Assembly: GCF_001194135.2 (NCBI RefSeq)
Contig: NC_068983.1
Coordinates: forward strand, 120,281,804-120,345,803
Source of the DNA: Octopus bimaculoides
Taxonomy: Eukaryota
Direction of reading: 5' to 3'
DNA length: 64,000 nt
The first letter of the stretch is position 1, and every line of letters begins with the position of its first letter. The notes under the pieces were generated by a model, which ran no database searches, was not told the origin of the DNA, and worked only from the letters and a program-made list of their open reading frames with translations. The position numbers and the translations under genes were made by a program. Positions 1-14,132 of the stretch are shown piece by piece.

Positions 1-292
1 AAATAACAGAACAAAAAAAAAAAACAAGACCTTGTTTGTAAAAAATTTTGGACCTGGGTTTGCACCCCCTCAGCAAATTTTGTTCCTGAGCCAGTGGCGA
101 CACACATAGTCCCCAGTTGGTAACATTGATTTCAAGGCCCTCCTAGATGAGAGACTGGCATTCCACTTAATGTCTATGTTCCATGCTAGCATGGATTGGA
201 GAGTTATTAATGTAGAAATATGGTATCGTAGCTACTAACAGTTGAGGGTTGCGTAGTCTAGACGGCGCTTTTAGATTTCATTATTCTCTTTA

Positions 293-322
293 ACCCGGGC
301 AAAGCCGGGTATTTCTGCTAGT
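293..322 (+). mobile_element. Helitron-like 3' terminus (hairpin plus CTAG)
   Basis: acccgg-gcaaag-ccgggt hairpin followed a few nt later by CTAG|T, the canonical Helitron 3' signature. Confidence 0.55.
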
Positions 323-391
323 ATGCAATAAAAATAAAACTGCTAAATAATAATAATAGCAATAACAACGACAAAAACAATAATAATAATA

Positions 392-915
392 AGCCTTTCT
401 ACTAAAGGCACAAGGCCTGAAATTTGGGTGGGGGAACTAGTCGATTGCATCAACTCCAGTGTTTCACTGATACTTAATTTATTGACCCTGAAAGGATGAA
501 AGGCAAAGTTTACCTCAGCAGAATTTGAACTCAGAATATAGTGACAAGCGAAATACTGCTAAGCATTTCATCCATGTGGCTAACGATTCTGCCAGCCTGC
601 CACCTTAACAACAACAACAATAACTATAGTTTCAAATTTTGGCACTGGGCCAGCAATGTTAGTGGGAAGGGGTAAGTTGATTATCTCAACTCCAGTACAT
701 GACTGATAGTTTTAATAATGGTTTCAAATTTTGGCACAAGGCCAGCAAGTTTAGGAGAGAGGATAAGTCAATTACATAGACCCCAGTGCTTTGGAACTTA
801 TTTTATCAACTCCAAAAGGATGAAAGGCAAAGCTGACCTTGGTAGACTTTGAACTTCAAATGTAAAGACGGATGAAAAGCCACTAAGCATTTTGCCTGGC
901 ATGCTAATGATTCTA
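392..915 (-). mobile_element. Cluster of degenerate tRNA-headed SINEs (family B, core gactttgcctttcatcctttc)
   Basis: Two to three tandem decayed copies matching the reverse complement of the well-preserved copy at 50023-50250. Confidence 0.75.
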
Positions 916-921
916 CCTGTT

Positions 922-1045
922 TGCTTCCCAACCACGTGGTTCTGGGTTCAGTCCCACTGCATGGCACCTTGAGAAAGTATCTTCTACTATAGCCTCTAGC
1001 CAACTGAGGCCTTGTGAGTAGATATGGAAACTGAAAGAAGCCCGT

Positions 1046-1088
<43 letters not shown>

Positions 1089-1240
1089 GTGTGTGTCCTT
1101 GTGTCTGTGTTTGTCCCCCACTACTGCTTGACAAGTGGTGTTGGTGTGTTTACATTCCTGTAACTTAGTGATTCAACAAAAAGAGACCAATAGAATAAGC
1201 ACTACATTTAAGAAAATGTCCTGGGTTGATTTATTCGACT
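922..1240 (+). mobile_element. tRNA-headed SINE (family A) with internal (TA)n
   Basis: B-box-like GGTTCAGTCCC, body matching 55636-56090, internal (TA)n. Confidence 0.75.
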
Positions 1241-2076
1241 AAAGGATGAAAGGCAGTCAACCTCAGTGGAAATTGAACTCAGAAAATGAAGACAGATGAA
1301 ATGCTGCTAATGCCAGCTCGCTGCCTAAAAGTAGTGTAATGTATAGAAACACAACCAGATATGGTTAGTTCTTTTATCAACCTAAGACAGCTGACTTTTT
1401 AAAAATTAAACCTGAAATAACAGGTATTGATTTTACAATTTTATCTCTCTGGATTGAGAAGGTAAATAACAGTAATTATGCTATTTATTTTAGCAGTATT
1501 ATACCTCTTTTCTACAATAATTGGCCTTGTTCCTAACCAAAATATTCTTTTCTGATTCCAATGATCAACTGGTATTTATTTTATCAAATCCTAAAGGATG
1601 AAAGATAAAGTCAACCTTGGCAGAATTTGAACTCAGAACATAAAGATAAATGAAATGCCGCTAAGCATTTTGCTCAGCATGCTAACAATTGTGCCAGCTC
1701 ATTGCTTTGTTACTAACCAAAATATTAACCTTGTGCTTAGCTCCTCATTTCCTCAAGCAGTAGCATCATTATTGTTTTGTTTGAATCAGTAGCAAAATGC
1801 GCATCCCACAATATCTTCAGTAGATAAAATCGATAAAAGTTTCAAATAACAAACCTCATAATGACAGCAATTAATTAAGCCATCAGAGGGATATTCTGAG
1901 ATGGAATATGCGAAGAATTATTTCTTTATGTTGGATATGAAATGCAATGAGGAATGTTTGTAATAAAGTGAAAAGTGGAAACAGATGAAAGAGCAACAAA
2001 AAGAAGAAAAATACAAATGACTTGTGCCAAATCTTAAAGACTAAGCTATTATAAAGCTGATCTTGCTACTGTAGAC

Positions 2077-3532
2077 CAGAGGTTCCCAACTATTTTCAGC
2101 CTATGGACCCTTTTGATTTCTATTTTACTCTAACAGGACTCCTACAGCTATTTGATGTTTAAAAATGTCCTAATATATTTTTATAATTAAATATTATTAG
2201 GAATTGTATTAAAAAGATTTTTGAAATATTTTGTGTATTGTATTGGTAATGCGGTTTTTTTCAGTTGCATGAAAAATTAGATGGGGATGGGATAAACTAC
2301 CTGCATCAACTTGCTATAAAAACAGGTAGTAATTTTACTTTGTCCTTATTCTTAGTGCAAGTTTTGAAGAGTGTAGTTCAATTTTAACAGTTATTTTTTC
2401 AAAAGCTATAACAGAAGTGACAAAGGAGCATTTTCGGCATATTTTGCTTTATGAGTTCAACGAAGGCAACAAAGCAACAGAAAGTGCAAGGAATATTAAT
2501 GCAGAATATGGGGATCAGACAGTAAGGGTAAACCAGTGTCAACAGTGGTTCCAGAAATTCCAAGCCAGAAACTACAGCCTAGAAGACAAGCATCATTCTG
2601 GAAGATCTGTAGAGCTTGACAAGGATGTCCTGCAAACCCAGGTGGAACAAAATCCCAACATAACTGTTGAGGAACTAGCAGAGAAGCTTGGATTTAGTCA
2701 TTCAACTATTCATCGACACCTGCATGCTATCGGAAAAGTCAGCAAATTAGATCAATGGGTTCCTCACCAACTTTCTGAGTCTAATTGCATGCAGAGAGTG
2801 AATGTGTACTCTTCTTTGCTGTCATGCCTCACAAATGAACCTTTTTGGGACCAAATAATGACTGGTGATGAGAAATGGGTTCTCTATAAAATGTGAAGCA
2901 CCAAAGATAGTGGGAAGGGAAAGGAGAAATACTGGCACCCCAGGCTAAAGAAGGTCTTCACCCATGTAAGGCGCTGTTATCTGTTTGGTGGGATATGAAA
3001 GGTTTAGTTAACTTTGAACTTTTAAACCCAAACCAAACAGTAACAAAGGAGATCTACTGCAAGCAACTTAAGTCAGCACTAGAAGAAAAACAACCATCTT
3101 TGGTTTCAAGACGAAAGGTATTCTTCCATCAGGATAATGCTCAGCTACATACAGCAGGGATGACATTCCAAAGGCTAGAGCAGTTTGAATGGGAAATGAT
3201 GCCCCACCCACCATATTTGCTGGACATTGCCCCATCTGATAATCATTTATTCTGTAGATGAGGTCAGAACAGTACTGGAGGAGTATTTTTCATCACAGAC
3301 AAGTCAATTTTGGAAGAGAGGCCTTGCAAGTCTACCAGATAGATGGAAGAGTATTGTAGAAAATGAAGGAGAGTATATTTTAGATTAAAAAAGAACTTTG
3401 TTTATCTTTAATTTTTAAAAATAAAAACAGCATTATTTATGGGATGACCCAATAGATGTATATCCAATTTATTGTAAATAAAATCTATTGTGGACTCCCA
3501 AGGGCCATGTGGACTCTGGTTGAGAACCACTG
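2077..3532. mobile_element. hAT-like MITE interrupted by a mariner
   Basis: TIRs CAGAGGTTCCCAAC / GTTGAGAACCACTG. 8-bp TSD ctgtagac (2069-2076) / ctgtaaac (3533-3540). Confidence 0.75.
2241..3454 (+). mobile_element. Near full-length degenerate mariner transposon; transposase pseudogene
   Basis: Fragments 2417-2896 and 2995-3261 carry mariner motifs (WVPHQL, MTGDEKWV, FHQDNA, HPPYLLDIAPSD) broken by stops and frameshifts. The 3' TIR reads ttatttatgggatgacccaata; the 5' TIR is partly deleted; TA at both ends. Confidence 0.92.
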
Positions 3533-3815
3533 CTGTAAACAGTATATTCCCTTTCACTTATAAGTATCTTAAGACATGGAGCAAATTTTGTTTTGTATAC
3601 TAGAAATATATTCTATATCATCAACATTGTTTTAATGTTTGCTTTTCCATGCTTGCATGGGTTGAATGGAATTTGTTGAGGTGGCTTTTCTATGGTTGGA
3701 AGCCTTTCCTGTTTCCAAATAGGATAAAATTTCATGAAAGGTTGGAAATGAAGCTCATCACTTACATGATAGTGACACATGTGTCACACAAACAAAGCCA
3801 GGGCAAGGATACAGC

Positions 3816-3859
<44 letters not shown>

Positions 3860-4553
3860 CAATATATTTCTTTCAGTTTCCATTTGCCAAATCCACTCAC
3901 AAGGTTTTGGTTAGCCTGGGGCTACAGAAGAAGACACTTGTCCAAGATACCATCCAGTAAACTTACTATACAGCCATGGCTGGCTTATATGTCAACATCG
4001 ATATATATTCTATACTAGCATTAAGAAACTGTCTTGTTCAGCATGCAGAAACTCAATCCTAAACAAGCTAATATAATCCTTGCACATGGAAGACATTTCT
4101 GTGTTTGTTATTAATTGTTCGAAATACCTTTGATTCACGTAAGTAGAGTATTCAAGACATGCTAAGATCACATAATACAAAAATGTAACCCAAGCAGTTT
4201 CATTAACAATGCAACTGTATCTATCATACAGGCAAAGAACAGTAGATCAAAACTTTTGTAACTAAACTTATAGCTATGAAGAGAAGTACCATGGTAATTA
4301 ATAGATTAAAGCTAAAAATAAAACAAGACAGTGTATCATATAAAACAAAATAACTGTAATACATTAAAAAAATATCTACGTACTGACATTATTTTCTCCA
4401 GTTCACTATAAAAAAATGTGATAAAAAGATTGTATGTATGCATGTATGTATGTATCATCATCATCATCAAACCTTTGCTGTCCATGCTGTCATGGGTTGA
4501 ACTATGTATGTATGTATGTATGTATGTATGTATGTATGTATGTATGTGTGTGT

Positions 4554-4589
<36 letters not shown>

Positions 4590-4751
4590 ATGCATGTATG
4601 TAAGTATGCATGTATGTATGCATGCATATATGGTTATGTATGTATGTATGCATTCTTCTGTTTTTAATTATTTAAATTCTTCTACTGAGGGACTGGCTGG
4701 TTTCTAACAAAGATACTAAACTTCATCATTGGAATGGAGATAACAGAAACG

Positions 4752-5268
4752 TCACACTTTAAACTTGAGAAAAGTCTTGCATATTTTACCATTCTACTTA
4801 CAGGTTGTATTTGTAATGTGTGAGTTAGTTGTTTTTTTTTTCTTCTTTTTTCAAAAACTAGCTTATTCAGGTTGTCACTTAGACATTTACTCACAAAACC
4901 AAATACACCAATTATTATAAATGTGATTTTATAATCTGGATATAAAAGCTGGAGGTTTTCAAGTAGGTGTGCATAGCTATCTTCTACATACCTTTACTTG
5001 TCTGTCCCAAACAACAATATCCGGCATGTTATGCTTGCACTCGACAGATTTTTTGATGGGACTGTTCCACCAATATTCCTTGTGTTGATGTTTGCATATG
5101 TATTCAATATTCCAGGACAGTCTTTTTGTCAGAAGGCATTGGATATTGTTTTTGCAACAACATCGTATTGCATAGGGAGGTAGTACCTTGATGACATTTT
5201 TGGGCAGCTGCTAATTACAGGTGCGATGTCTTCCACAAAAATATGACATAATCTACATTTTTGGTTGT
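4752..5268 (-). mobile_element. 3' fragment of an R2-superfamily (R4/Dong-like) non-LTR retrotransposon with a restriction-like endonuclease domain
   Basis: Minus-strand translation across frameshifts: KCRLCHIFVEDIAPVISSCPKMSSRYYLPMQYDVVAK (zinc-knuckle-like), EYWWNSPIKKSVECKHNMPDIVVWD (PD..D motif), ending KICKTFLKFKV*. Confidence 0.75.
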
Positions 5269-5696
5269 ATGTACATATGTATGTATATATGTATGTATGT
5301 GTGTGTGCATGTCTATGTGTATGTATGCATGTATGTAAACTAAATGGACTGAAAATAAAGCAAGGCATGTTAAAATAAGATACACACATTTTTTTTACTT
5401 TGGATATAATCATGATAGTTGGATGTGAGAAAATCCCACACATGTATTCACTTAATCAGCAAATCACCCAAAGATGTATTTGCTCAAAATAGACATGCAT
5501 TGTCATGGTTGACATAAAGCAAAATACAAGGTGTTGTAAACAAATCTTAAATGCCATAAGTTCCAAGCAAAAATTCCTTCAAGAGTACAATACTCTACAC
5601 TACACCATCATTGTCAATTCTATGACTCTGATATTCCATACTGTGTGTGATGAGATGAAGAACAGTTGTTGGATTACTTTTCTATCTCAGAGTAAG

Positions 5697-5779
<83 letters not shown>

Positions 5780-5855
5780 AAAATAATGATGTTTAATAAA
5801 TATATCAATACATTTGAGTGGTATTCAGAAGTCGTAGAATATACTGAGTTGTCAC

Positions 5856-6084
5856 TTAACCCTTTGAATACTAACCCACCTAAAACTGGCCCTGGGTTCT
5901 CTGATACAAATTCCTGTTTAAACTTACCTAAATCAAAACCGTCTATCAAAATTTCATATCAATTTATGTTCCAAACACCAGCTTAATAATGACAAAGTTA
6001 TCTTATTAAATTCTTCATTATTTTCAAAATTAATTGAAATAAAGGCAGTGCATTTCCACAGAATTATGGTGACAAAAGGGTTAA
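5856..6084. mobile_element. piggyBac-like MITE
   Basis: TTAA-CCCTTT ... AAAGGG-TTAA termini. Confidence 0.7.
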
Positions 6085-6496
6085 AAACTATCCTTAATTT
6101 ACACAAATATAATCAAAAACATTTCAATTTCTGATGGCTCTTAATCTATAGATTTGTCTGTTCTGAAGAGTATTAACTATATATGGATTAAATTATCAAT
6201 ATCTAGCAGAAACATTATTTGCCTTTTTCAGATTGTTTAAGGCTAAGAAGTATATTTGATGATGGGTGGGGGGTGGGGGGTGGTAACCAACATTTTCTCA
6301 TATAATATGTATATATTTATTTATTTATTTATTTATTTATTATTCAAAAGTTAATAATTGGTCAACAACTACCAGATATAAATGTTTACATAAAACAAGT
6401 GTACAAAATCTCATCCAGGCCTTCAGTTCTGCAATCTTTTTCATAGCATAGTATCTAAAGCATTAAGAATTATTAACTATAAGTATCTTAGGGTTA

Positions 6497-6527
<31 letters not shown>

Positions 6528-6541
6528 TGTATGTATGTATG

Positions 6542-6608
<67 letters not shown>

Positions 6609-7067
6609 ACTACACATATTCAATATATGTGTTTTGCTTGTTTGTTGGTATATATATATATATATGATATATATGTTGAACTTATAATAGGAAGTGAAAG
6701 AGCCACATACACATGCAACTTAGTGATGGTGGAATTAAAGATGTGTAATGGCAAAACTGGAGAGGATACAAATTAATAACAAACTGTCACATTTGAAGAT
6801 TATCTGTGAAAATTGTGACATTCAATCACTTCCCTTTTTAGGATACTGTCATTTGAGAGCTGAATAAATCTGGCTTTGATATAGACTAGACTTTTGATCA
6901 GAGTTAAACATAATGAAATATTAAGTTCATTAAAGGAAAGAAAAAAAAATTTCATTGATGTAAATTTAACTGCTAAATATATGGGGTTAGAAAAGGTCAT
7001 GGGAGATAGCTATGATTCTCATTTGTACTCTTATTATTGTGATATTCAAAATATGAAATATAAAGAA

Positions 7068-7305
7068 TGGCGAGCTGGCAGAAACGTTAGTACACTGGGC
7101 GAACTGCTTAGCGGTATTTTGACTGTCTTTACGTTCTGAGTTCAAATTCTGCCGAGGTCAACTTTGCCTTTCATCCTTTCGGGGGGGGGGGGGTCGATAA
7201 ATTAAGTACCAGTTACACACTGGGGTCAATGTAATCGACTTAATCCATTTGTCTGTCCTTGTTTGTCCCCTCTATGTTTAGCCCCTGGTGGGCAATAATG
7301 AAATA
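7068..7305 (+). mobile_element. tRNA-headed SINE family B
   Basis: Matches 50023-50250 along its length. Confidence 0.8.
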
Positions 7306-7394
7306 AGATTAAAGGTGATAATAATAAACTGATGACAATAGCTAGAAACAAACTTATAGATTAATGTAAAACTAATTATAATTTCTCTTAGTTT

Positions 7395-7780
7395 TAAATA
7401 ATATTTATCTGTCATTTGACTGTGACCATGCTGAAGTACCATCTTGAAAGCTTTTAGTCAAACAAATCGACCCCAGAACTTATTTCTTAAGGCTAGTACT
7501 TATTCTATCAGTCTGTTTTGCTGACCCACTTAGTTATGGGAATGTAAATACACCAACACAAGTTGTCAAGATGTGATGGAAGGACAAACACAAGCACAAA
7601 GACACACACACACACACACGTATATATATGATGGGCTTCTTTTAGTTTCCGTCTACAAAACCCACTCACAAGAATTTGGTTGGACTGAGGTCATAGTAGA
7701 AGACACTTGCCCAAAGTGCCATGCAGTGGGACTGAACCTGGAACCATATGGTTGAGAAGCAAGCTTCTTACCACACAGTT
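7395..7780 (-). mobile_element. tRNA-headed SINE family A
   Basis: Matches 51175-51568 and 16120-16495. Confidence 0.75.
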
Positions 7781-8168
7781 ACTTTATTATGTAATTTGCT
7801 TTGGCAAACTTAGTAGTATTGCTTCATTTTAACTGCCCAAGCAAAAGATCATTGTAGTATGAATGCTGCACTAGATGCTTTACTTTATCATGTTTAGGTA
7901 AAGTACAGTTCAAAGTTGAAGTTGGGATAACTTTAATAATGGTTAGGATATACTGGGGTTGATTTAATTAACTACACTATCTCTCAGAAGAGGTTGTAAG
8001 ATGGCAGAAAAAGTTGCATGCAAGACTGTAGCATTAACATATTTACAATTCTAAGCTCTGACTTCATACCTCTATGTTTGAGTTCAAATCCTACCTTATA
8101 TCCCTTTGATGTCAATAAAATAAGTGCTTGTGATATAGGATTTATTCACATGACTATACCACCATCCT

Positions 8169-8396
8169 GTAACCCTTTAGCATTCAGATTACTCTGTCAA
8201 ATACAATGCCTATTTATTCATATTGTTTTTAATTACTCATACATCATCTCATAGCTTTGAGATTTTGATGATGTTACTATTTACTTTTAGAATGACATCA
8301 TAGGATAGGTAGAAGAGGCCAGATTTGGCTGGTTTGAACATAAAAGAGGTAGAATATTTAGGCTGGATAGGACCAGTTTAAACACTAAAGGGTTAA
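8169..8396. mobile_element. piggyBac-like MITE (family also at 30427-30650 and 42213-42431)
   Basis: (G)TAA-CCCTTTAG ... CTAAAGGG-TTAA termini; the internal sequence is shared with the other two copies. Confidence 0.7.
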
Positions 8397-9074
8397 AAAA
8401 AAACAGTCTAAAGAAACTAATACTTTCATTTAAGAAAAAGCTGTTACCTTGATTATTCAATGAATTTGGTACAGTTAATAAGTGAGTCTCCAGTACAGTA
8501 TGGTTTTGTTTGTTTGAACTGTTTACAAGAACGAATTCCTATACTAAACCTATTCTGTTTTTTTTCTTTTTTTTCTTCTTTTTGCATCAAAACAAGTCGT
8601 TTGAAACATCAAATATCTTCTTGAATAGTTCATTCTAAAACCATACACATTCTTGACTGCAGAGAAATAATGAACTTGTAGTCTTAGTCTTAAAACATCA
8701 TATAGCCAATAAGGGTGTCTCAAAGTAGTCATTTGAACTGTTAGAAATAGCAGCCATACTCCCTTAAATTAAACCTGACAGTTTTTTTTAAAAATGTGAG
8801 GATATACTGTATAATATGGTCTAGGAACTATTACATCTGAAAAGAGACAGGTTGATCAGAGATAGAATATGTTTCTTCACAGGTCAGGCTAGTCAAGGTT
8901 GATCTGGAGGTAAATAACAACATATGCATCATGACAGAGAGGGGGGGGGCGAGTGAGAGAGAATGATGATAGGGATCCCTGAATATGGACATTTAAAATT
9001 TAACTCTTTGTTACATAAGCAATGTCACAGAGTGAACAAGAAAAAATATGAATGATAGATGAGAGGGTAGTGAA

Positions 9075-9655
9075 ACAGGAACTCTTTCCTGCATATTTAG
9101 CCTGGCCATTTTCCTGATGAGGCAGGGTCCTGTCTTCTTTTTTTACACATTAAAACTTTAGTTATGCTGTTTATTTTGAAGCTTCTTGATGCTAGGTTTT
9201 GCCACTATGTCTGGAACTTCACTAAATCATCCACAGATTCGGCTATAAGAACTAAGTCAACATTGTACAGGTATTTCCATAGACAGTCAACTTTAAACTC
9301 TTCTATTATGGCTTAGAGGGCTATAACAGATGGACCTCTGTCTGCATGCTAAACTCAGTGTTGAACTAATTTCTAAATCTCACCTTACTGACTGCACCTT
9401 TGTATATGACTCATAAACCATTCATCTACTTGTTTCCTTGACAACCACCAGACTGTAAAGCATAAAACCATGTCAAAAGCCTTCTCCAACTTGATGAATG
9501 CTGGTACAAGGGCATTTTTGTAGTTAAATACTTTTCCTGCAATTGTTCCATTAAAATGACAGTGGTAACTTCTATTCCTGGCATAAACATAAACAGGTTA
9601 ATTCTCTTTTTAATCAATTGTATGATAAATCTTTCCATAACTTTCTTATTCCACA
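9075..9655 (-). mobile_element. Degenerate RTE-clade LINE reverse-transcriptase fragment
   Basis: Minus-strand translation gives FMPGIEVTTVILMEQLQEKYL (cf. RTE GFMPGRSTTDAIF..RQLQEK), then a decayed YADD-region segment LVLIAESVDDLVK and ...SGKWP. Confidence 0.75.
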
Positions 9656-11205
9656 TAACCTTTCATAAAACTGTGTAACAAGACGATTTTTTTGTCTTTG
9701 GTCAGTAAGTTTTATTTCCTATTTGTTTCTATCTAGAAATCAAAGGAAATCACTACTATTCCCTTTAAACTTTGCTCTTGTTTACCTGGACATCAATGTT
9801 TTGAAACTGACAGATTCAGTGCTGAGTTGCTGAAGCAGAAATATCGTTATAGCAAATATTCTGCTCAGTACCATAGACTTGCTTGTCAGTTGCTTGACCG
9901 TAACGAGCATGTTCCTTAGTCGCTGACAATATGTGCATCTCTGATCATGAGCAGGGGTATTCGGGGAGCATCATAGTTATATGTTGAGAGAAATTCTTCA
10001 GGGTTTGAATCAATGTAGCAAAAGTAAAGTTTGAAAGAAATATTAGTTATTTTTCATACTTTCTAGGGGTAAGCAAAAAGGAAATAACAGTTGCTACCCA
10101 AGGACAAAAATCGTGTTACACAATGTTGAGGATGCTACTATTCCAAACATCAGTTATGGTACCTTCCTTCCTGTACTATCTGATTATCTATGTGGGTGAC
10201 TAGCATGTGATCTACTTCAACAGCTATTTAAAGCACCTCAATAACTATCCTAATGTTCTTTAATTATGCTTGCAATTATATTGTTACTCTTGAACAACAA
10301 GAGCACTCAGTGCAGCAAAGAAGAGATTATAAAAAGATAATATATACTTTGTGAATTACATGAGCATTACTTAGAATTTTATGTTTAACAGTAATTTAAA
10401 TATCAAACTTGGAAGGTCAGTGTACAAATTTGTCAGCATTTCCTTGTTTATACAAATGAATATATTTTTTAAACAACATTGACATTATAATGCTATGTAC
10501 ATTTATATTTAACATGTTTAAATGTACTCAAATGAGGAAAGACTTTTGCTGTGGTAACTACCTTCAAAAAGAATAGTGAAAACAAACTGAGCTGGGATTG
10601 TATTGTAGGATGGATTGGATTGTAGGACATGTGTTTCTGCATCATTATGCTTTATTAGCTACAGAAACTGAATTTGTTACTCATAGCCCACTAAGAACTG
10701 TTGGTGTACGTGTAGTAAATTTGCTAGTGTGTATGTTAAGCTTTGTTAAGCTAAAATTAATTCATTAACAACATACTAAGCAACAATGATTAAAAAAATG
10801 AGTACATTCATATTTAATAAGTTTGTGTACATTCACACATAGCAAAGACCTTCGCAGTAGTAGCTGTTTTGGAAGAGAAATTCGTATAGACAATGGGCAT
10901 GAAAACATACCAAGGTGGACAATGAATACTGTCATAGGACAGTAATAGGACAAACGTTGCTATGTTGTCATGCTTCACAGTATAAACACCAAATTTGTTT
11001 TCAGCTCCTGTAGCTGATAAACAAGGTAGATATAAATATACACAGCTTTATTTTAATCACCATTGCTTAGTGCATCTATAATTGGCTGAGAATTAAAAAT
11101 TTAAATTTACTGTAAATCTACATGAAACATGAGACTCTGAGTAGTGCCTGTGTAAACCAGAAGAGAATGTATTAGCTATGCATGTATGCATGCCTGTATG
11201 TATGT

Positions 11206-11321
<116 letters not shown>

Positions 11322-12974
11322 AATATTAAAAAATAAGAATTGAAGATGGCTTAGTGTAAGGACCATGATACCATTTTCTGTTTAATCTAGAGTAGATCTA
11401 TCAACATTTAAACAAGTATAATATTAACTACCATGCATCAGATTTGATTGGCAGATAGCAGTTGAGCTGAAAACTAGATCTAATCAATCTGCAATTAGCA
11501 TTACTATAATCAGACAAATTACAAATGGTAGAAAATTGCAATAATAATGAAAATCATTAGTCGACTTTACTAAAGACAAAAGAATTCCTTCAACTTTAAG
11601 AAAAGACAGACTGTTTAGTTGCTTCAATTATTAACATATTGCTTTTACTTCAAGCGATGAAAACATTAATTAACTATCCTATTCGCAAATATTTTTGATT
11701 TCTTTTTAATAGAAATCTAGTAATGAATATTTTTTTTTATATCAAAGACTTAAGGTACTTGACATAGTGAAACTATAATGAAAACCAAGATATTAGCTCA
11801 CTCCTTCACAACATATAGCACAAAAATCTTCTACTTAAACATTTTAGCTATGTTATATAACTAAGTTGAACTTATATGCACATATTTGAAAATTTGTAAG
11901 AGAAGGAGTGGTACCTATGACCGGTGAGATACTTGTGACTGATACCCAGTCTAAAAATCTGTCAGTTAATGCCGGCAGAAAAATTGCACAGGAAGTAAGA
12001 ACACGTCAGTGTTGCAAACCTGACAAACTTACTGCCATCTTAGACACCACCGACAGTAGTCTACTTGTAAAACACAGTCCAATTGCAAGTCATTTTATAA
12101 TTATCTGTTGATATCAGTAGAAACAATTAGCTTTAGATTCTGGTGAAGATTTTATAAGCATATAATATCACAAGACAATTAAGTGATGTTACTTATATCA
12201 ACCAGTTTCTTAGCTTGAGAATAGTTTCAAGTTTCAAAAGTATTCTACATTTCTTTATACATCCAGTAATCCAATAGCTTTAGTGTAGATTAAACTGTTC
12301 AAGAAGAATTTGAATATGCTTTGAAGATTAAAAAAATACGTCAGTCATATGGACATGGATTCTTCAATCTTTATGATATTAAAATCATCATTATCATTTT
12401 ATGTCCACTTTCCCATGCTTGCATGGAATTCATTGAGATTTTCAACAGCCAGATGCCTTTCCTGTTGCCAACCCTAACATTTTTCTGAGCAAGTTTATGT
12501 TTTCATATGGCTGGACCGGTTTCCATGGAAAATTAGAAACGAAGAACACTGTTTATATAATGGTGAAGCTCATTGTACAACTATCATACAATGTCAAGAC
12601 AAGGAGACACACACATACATACACACATGGATATATGTGTTAATAAAATATACATATTACATGTAAAACTTCTCTAGTGGAGAAAAACAATAATAACATA
12701 ATCCAGAAATGTGTTTTATTCATTTGAGTAATGGGTACAATATATAGGTAGATCTTTGGAATAGAGGTTATACTGTATCTCAATTGGTGCTTCATTTTAT
12801 AACACTCTTTCTTATCTCAAGTAAAAATAAACCAATGCTTAGTATTTCTATAGCATCTATAATGTTATTCTTATTGTCAGTACTGTATGGCCATGCATAC
12901 AAGGGCTGGTCCTATTAGGTCAGAAATGAGTACTATTATGATTAATACAGAATTTATAATTATACTGTGCTGGT

Positions 12975-13155
12975 GACATATTCGTGCTGGTAACACTTAA
13001 AGGCACCCACTACACTCTTGGAGTGGTTGGCATTAGGAAGGGCATCCAGCCATAGAAACCATGCCAAATCAGATGGGATACAGCTTTTTGGCTTACCAGT
13101 CCCAGTTAAACTGTCTAAGCTATGCCAGCATGGAAAGTAGTTGCTATATGATGAT
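12975..13155 (+). mobile_element. Degenerate RTE-tail-related repeat
   Basis: ggcacccactacactc..gagtggttggcattaggaagggcatccag..gccagcatggaaag..gatgatg resembles the RTE 3' UTR at 33740-33925. Confidence 0.65.
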
Positions 13156-14132
13156 GGTAACACTAAATTTCATAATTATAAGCATGGAAAAGAAAAGAAC
13201 TGTTCTGTTAACAGGATTATTTGAGTGAATGATATAGTGTAAGGGATTGAAAATACAGTTTTAGTTTCCTTCTTGCACATTTATATATGATAATTACAAG
13301 GCTTGGAATCCAGAATAGTTAAAACAAGTAGGTTCATATTCTTAGCTTTTTCCAGAAGAAAACACTGCTTTAAACTTGTGATTTGTAGAGTTGAAATAAT
13401 ATCACATGTTAAAAAATGATTGAAAACATGTACATGTACTTCGTATGTGTATTTCGTGTGCAAGATTCTTGATGTACATGTACCATGTAAATGTGTAAAC
13501 AACATATCACACAGTAAACAGTTTTTTTCTTCAAATATAAAATGAGTAAACATATAAAGAGATGATTCAGACTTAAGGTTACTTTGCGAATCTTTTTATA
13601 TGGTTCATCTTCATAGTTCAGACAATTTGCTAAGTTCAAAATCTCAAATACATATATACACAAGCAGGAACTGTTACAAGTCTGACATGTACAGGACTGA
13701 TGAATTAAAATAATTCAATCATTATACTATAAACTTTTAATAAATTCTCTGTTTTGTAAGTATCCTGCCATATCAGTATTCCCTCACCTCAAATATTACC
13801 CATGACCAATATTTAACACTCATGTTAAAGTCTTTTGCTCTTCCTACTGCAAAAGAAAGGGCATTTCCAAATACAAGAATTTCTAAAGTATCAAAGATAT
13901 AATTATCTCTAGGGAAATCTAATCATTTGACTATTGGATTTCTTGATGTCTTAGGCAAAACTTAGTCTATGAAGTTTAACCCACACAAACAATGATCAAT
14001 CTTTTATAACACATACATGGGAAATGTGCAGAAGATATATAAAAAGTGAAATACTTAAGTGTCCTTGCCCATTAAATCTTAATAAGAAACCTTCATATTT
14101 ACAGAACTGTTCTTCAGCACCAGTCACTATTC

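Noticed and set aside
12085-12092. Selenocysteine reading of the in-frame TGA in candidate exon C
   Set aside because: No SECIS-like AUGA/AA/GA stem was seen downstream and the gene model itself is unproven.
11908-12111. + strand 67-aa ORF (MVPMTGEILVTDTQ..)
   Set aside because: No convincing splice sites or homology; it is the in-phase antisense of a speculative minus-strand exon.
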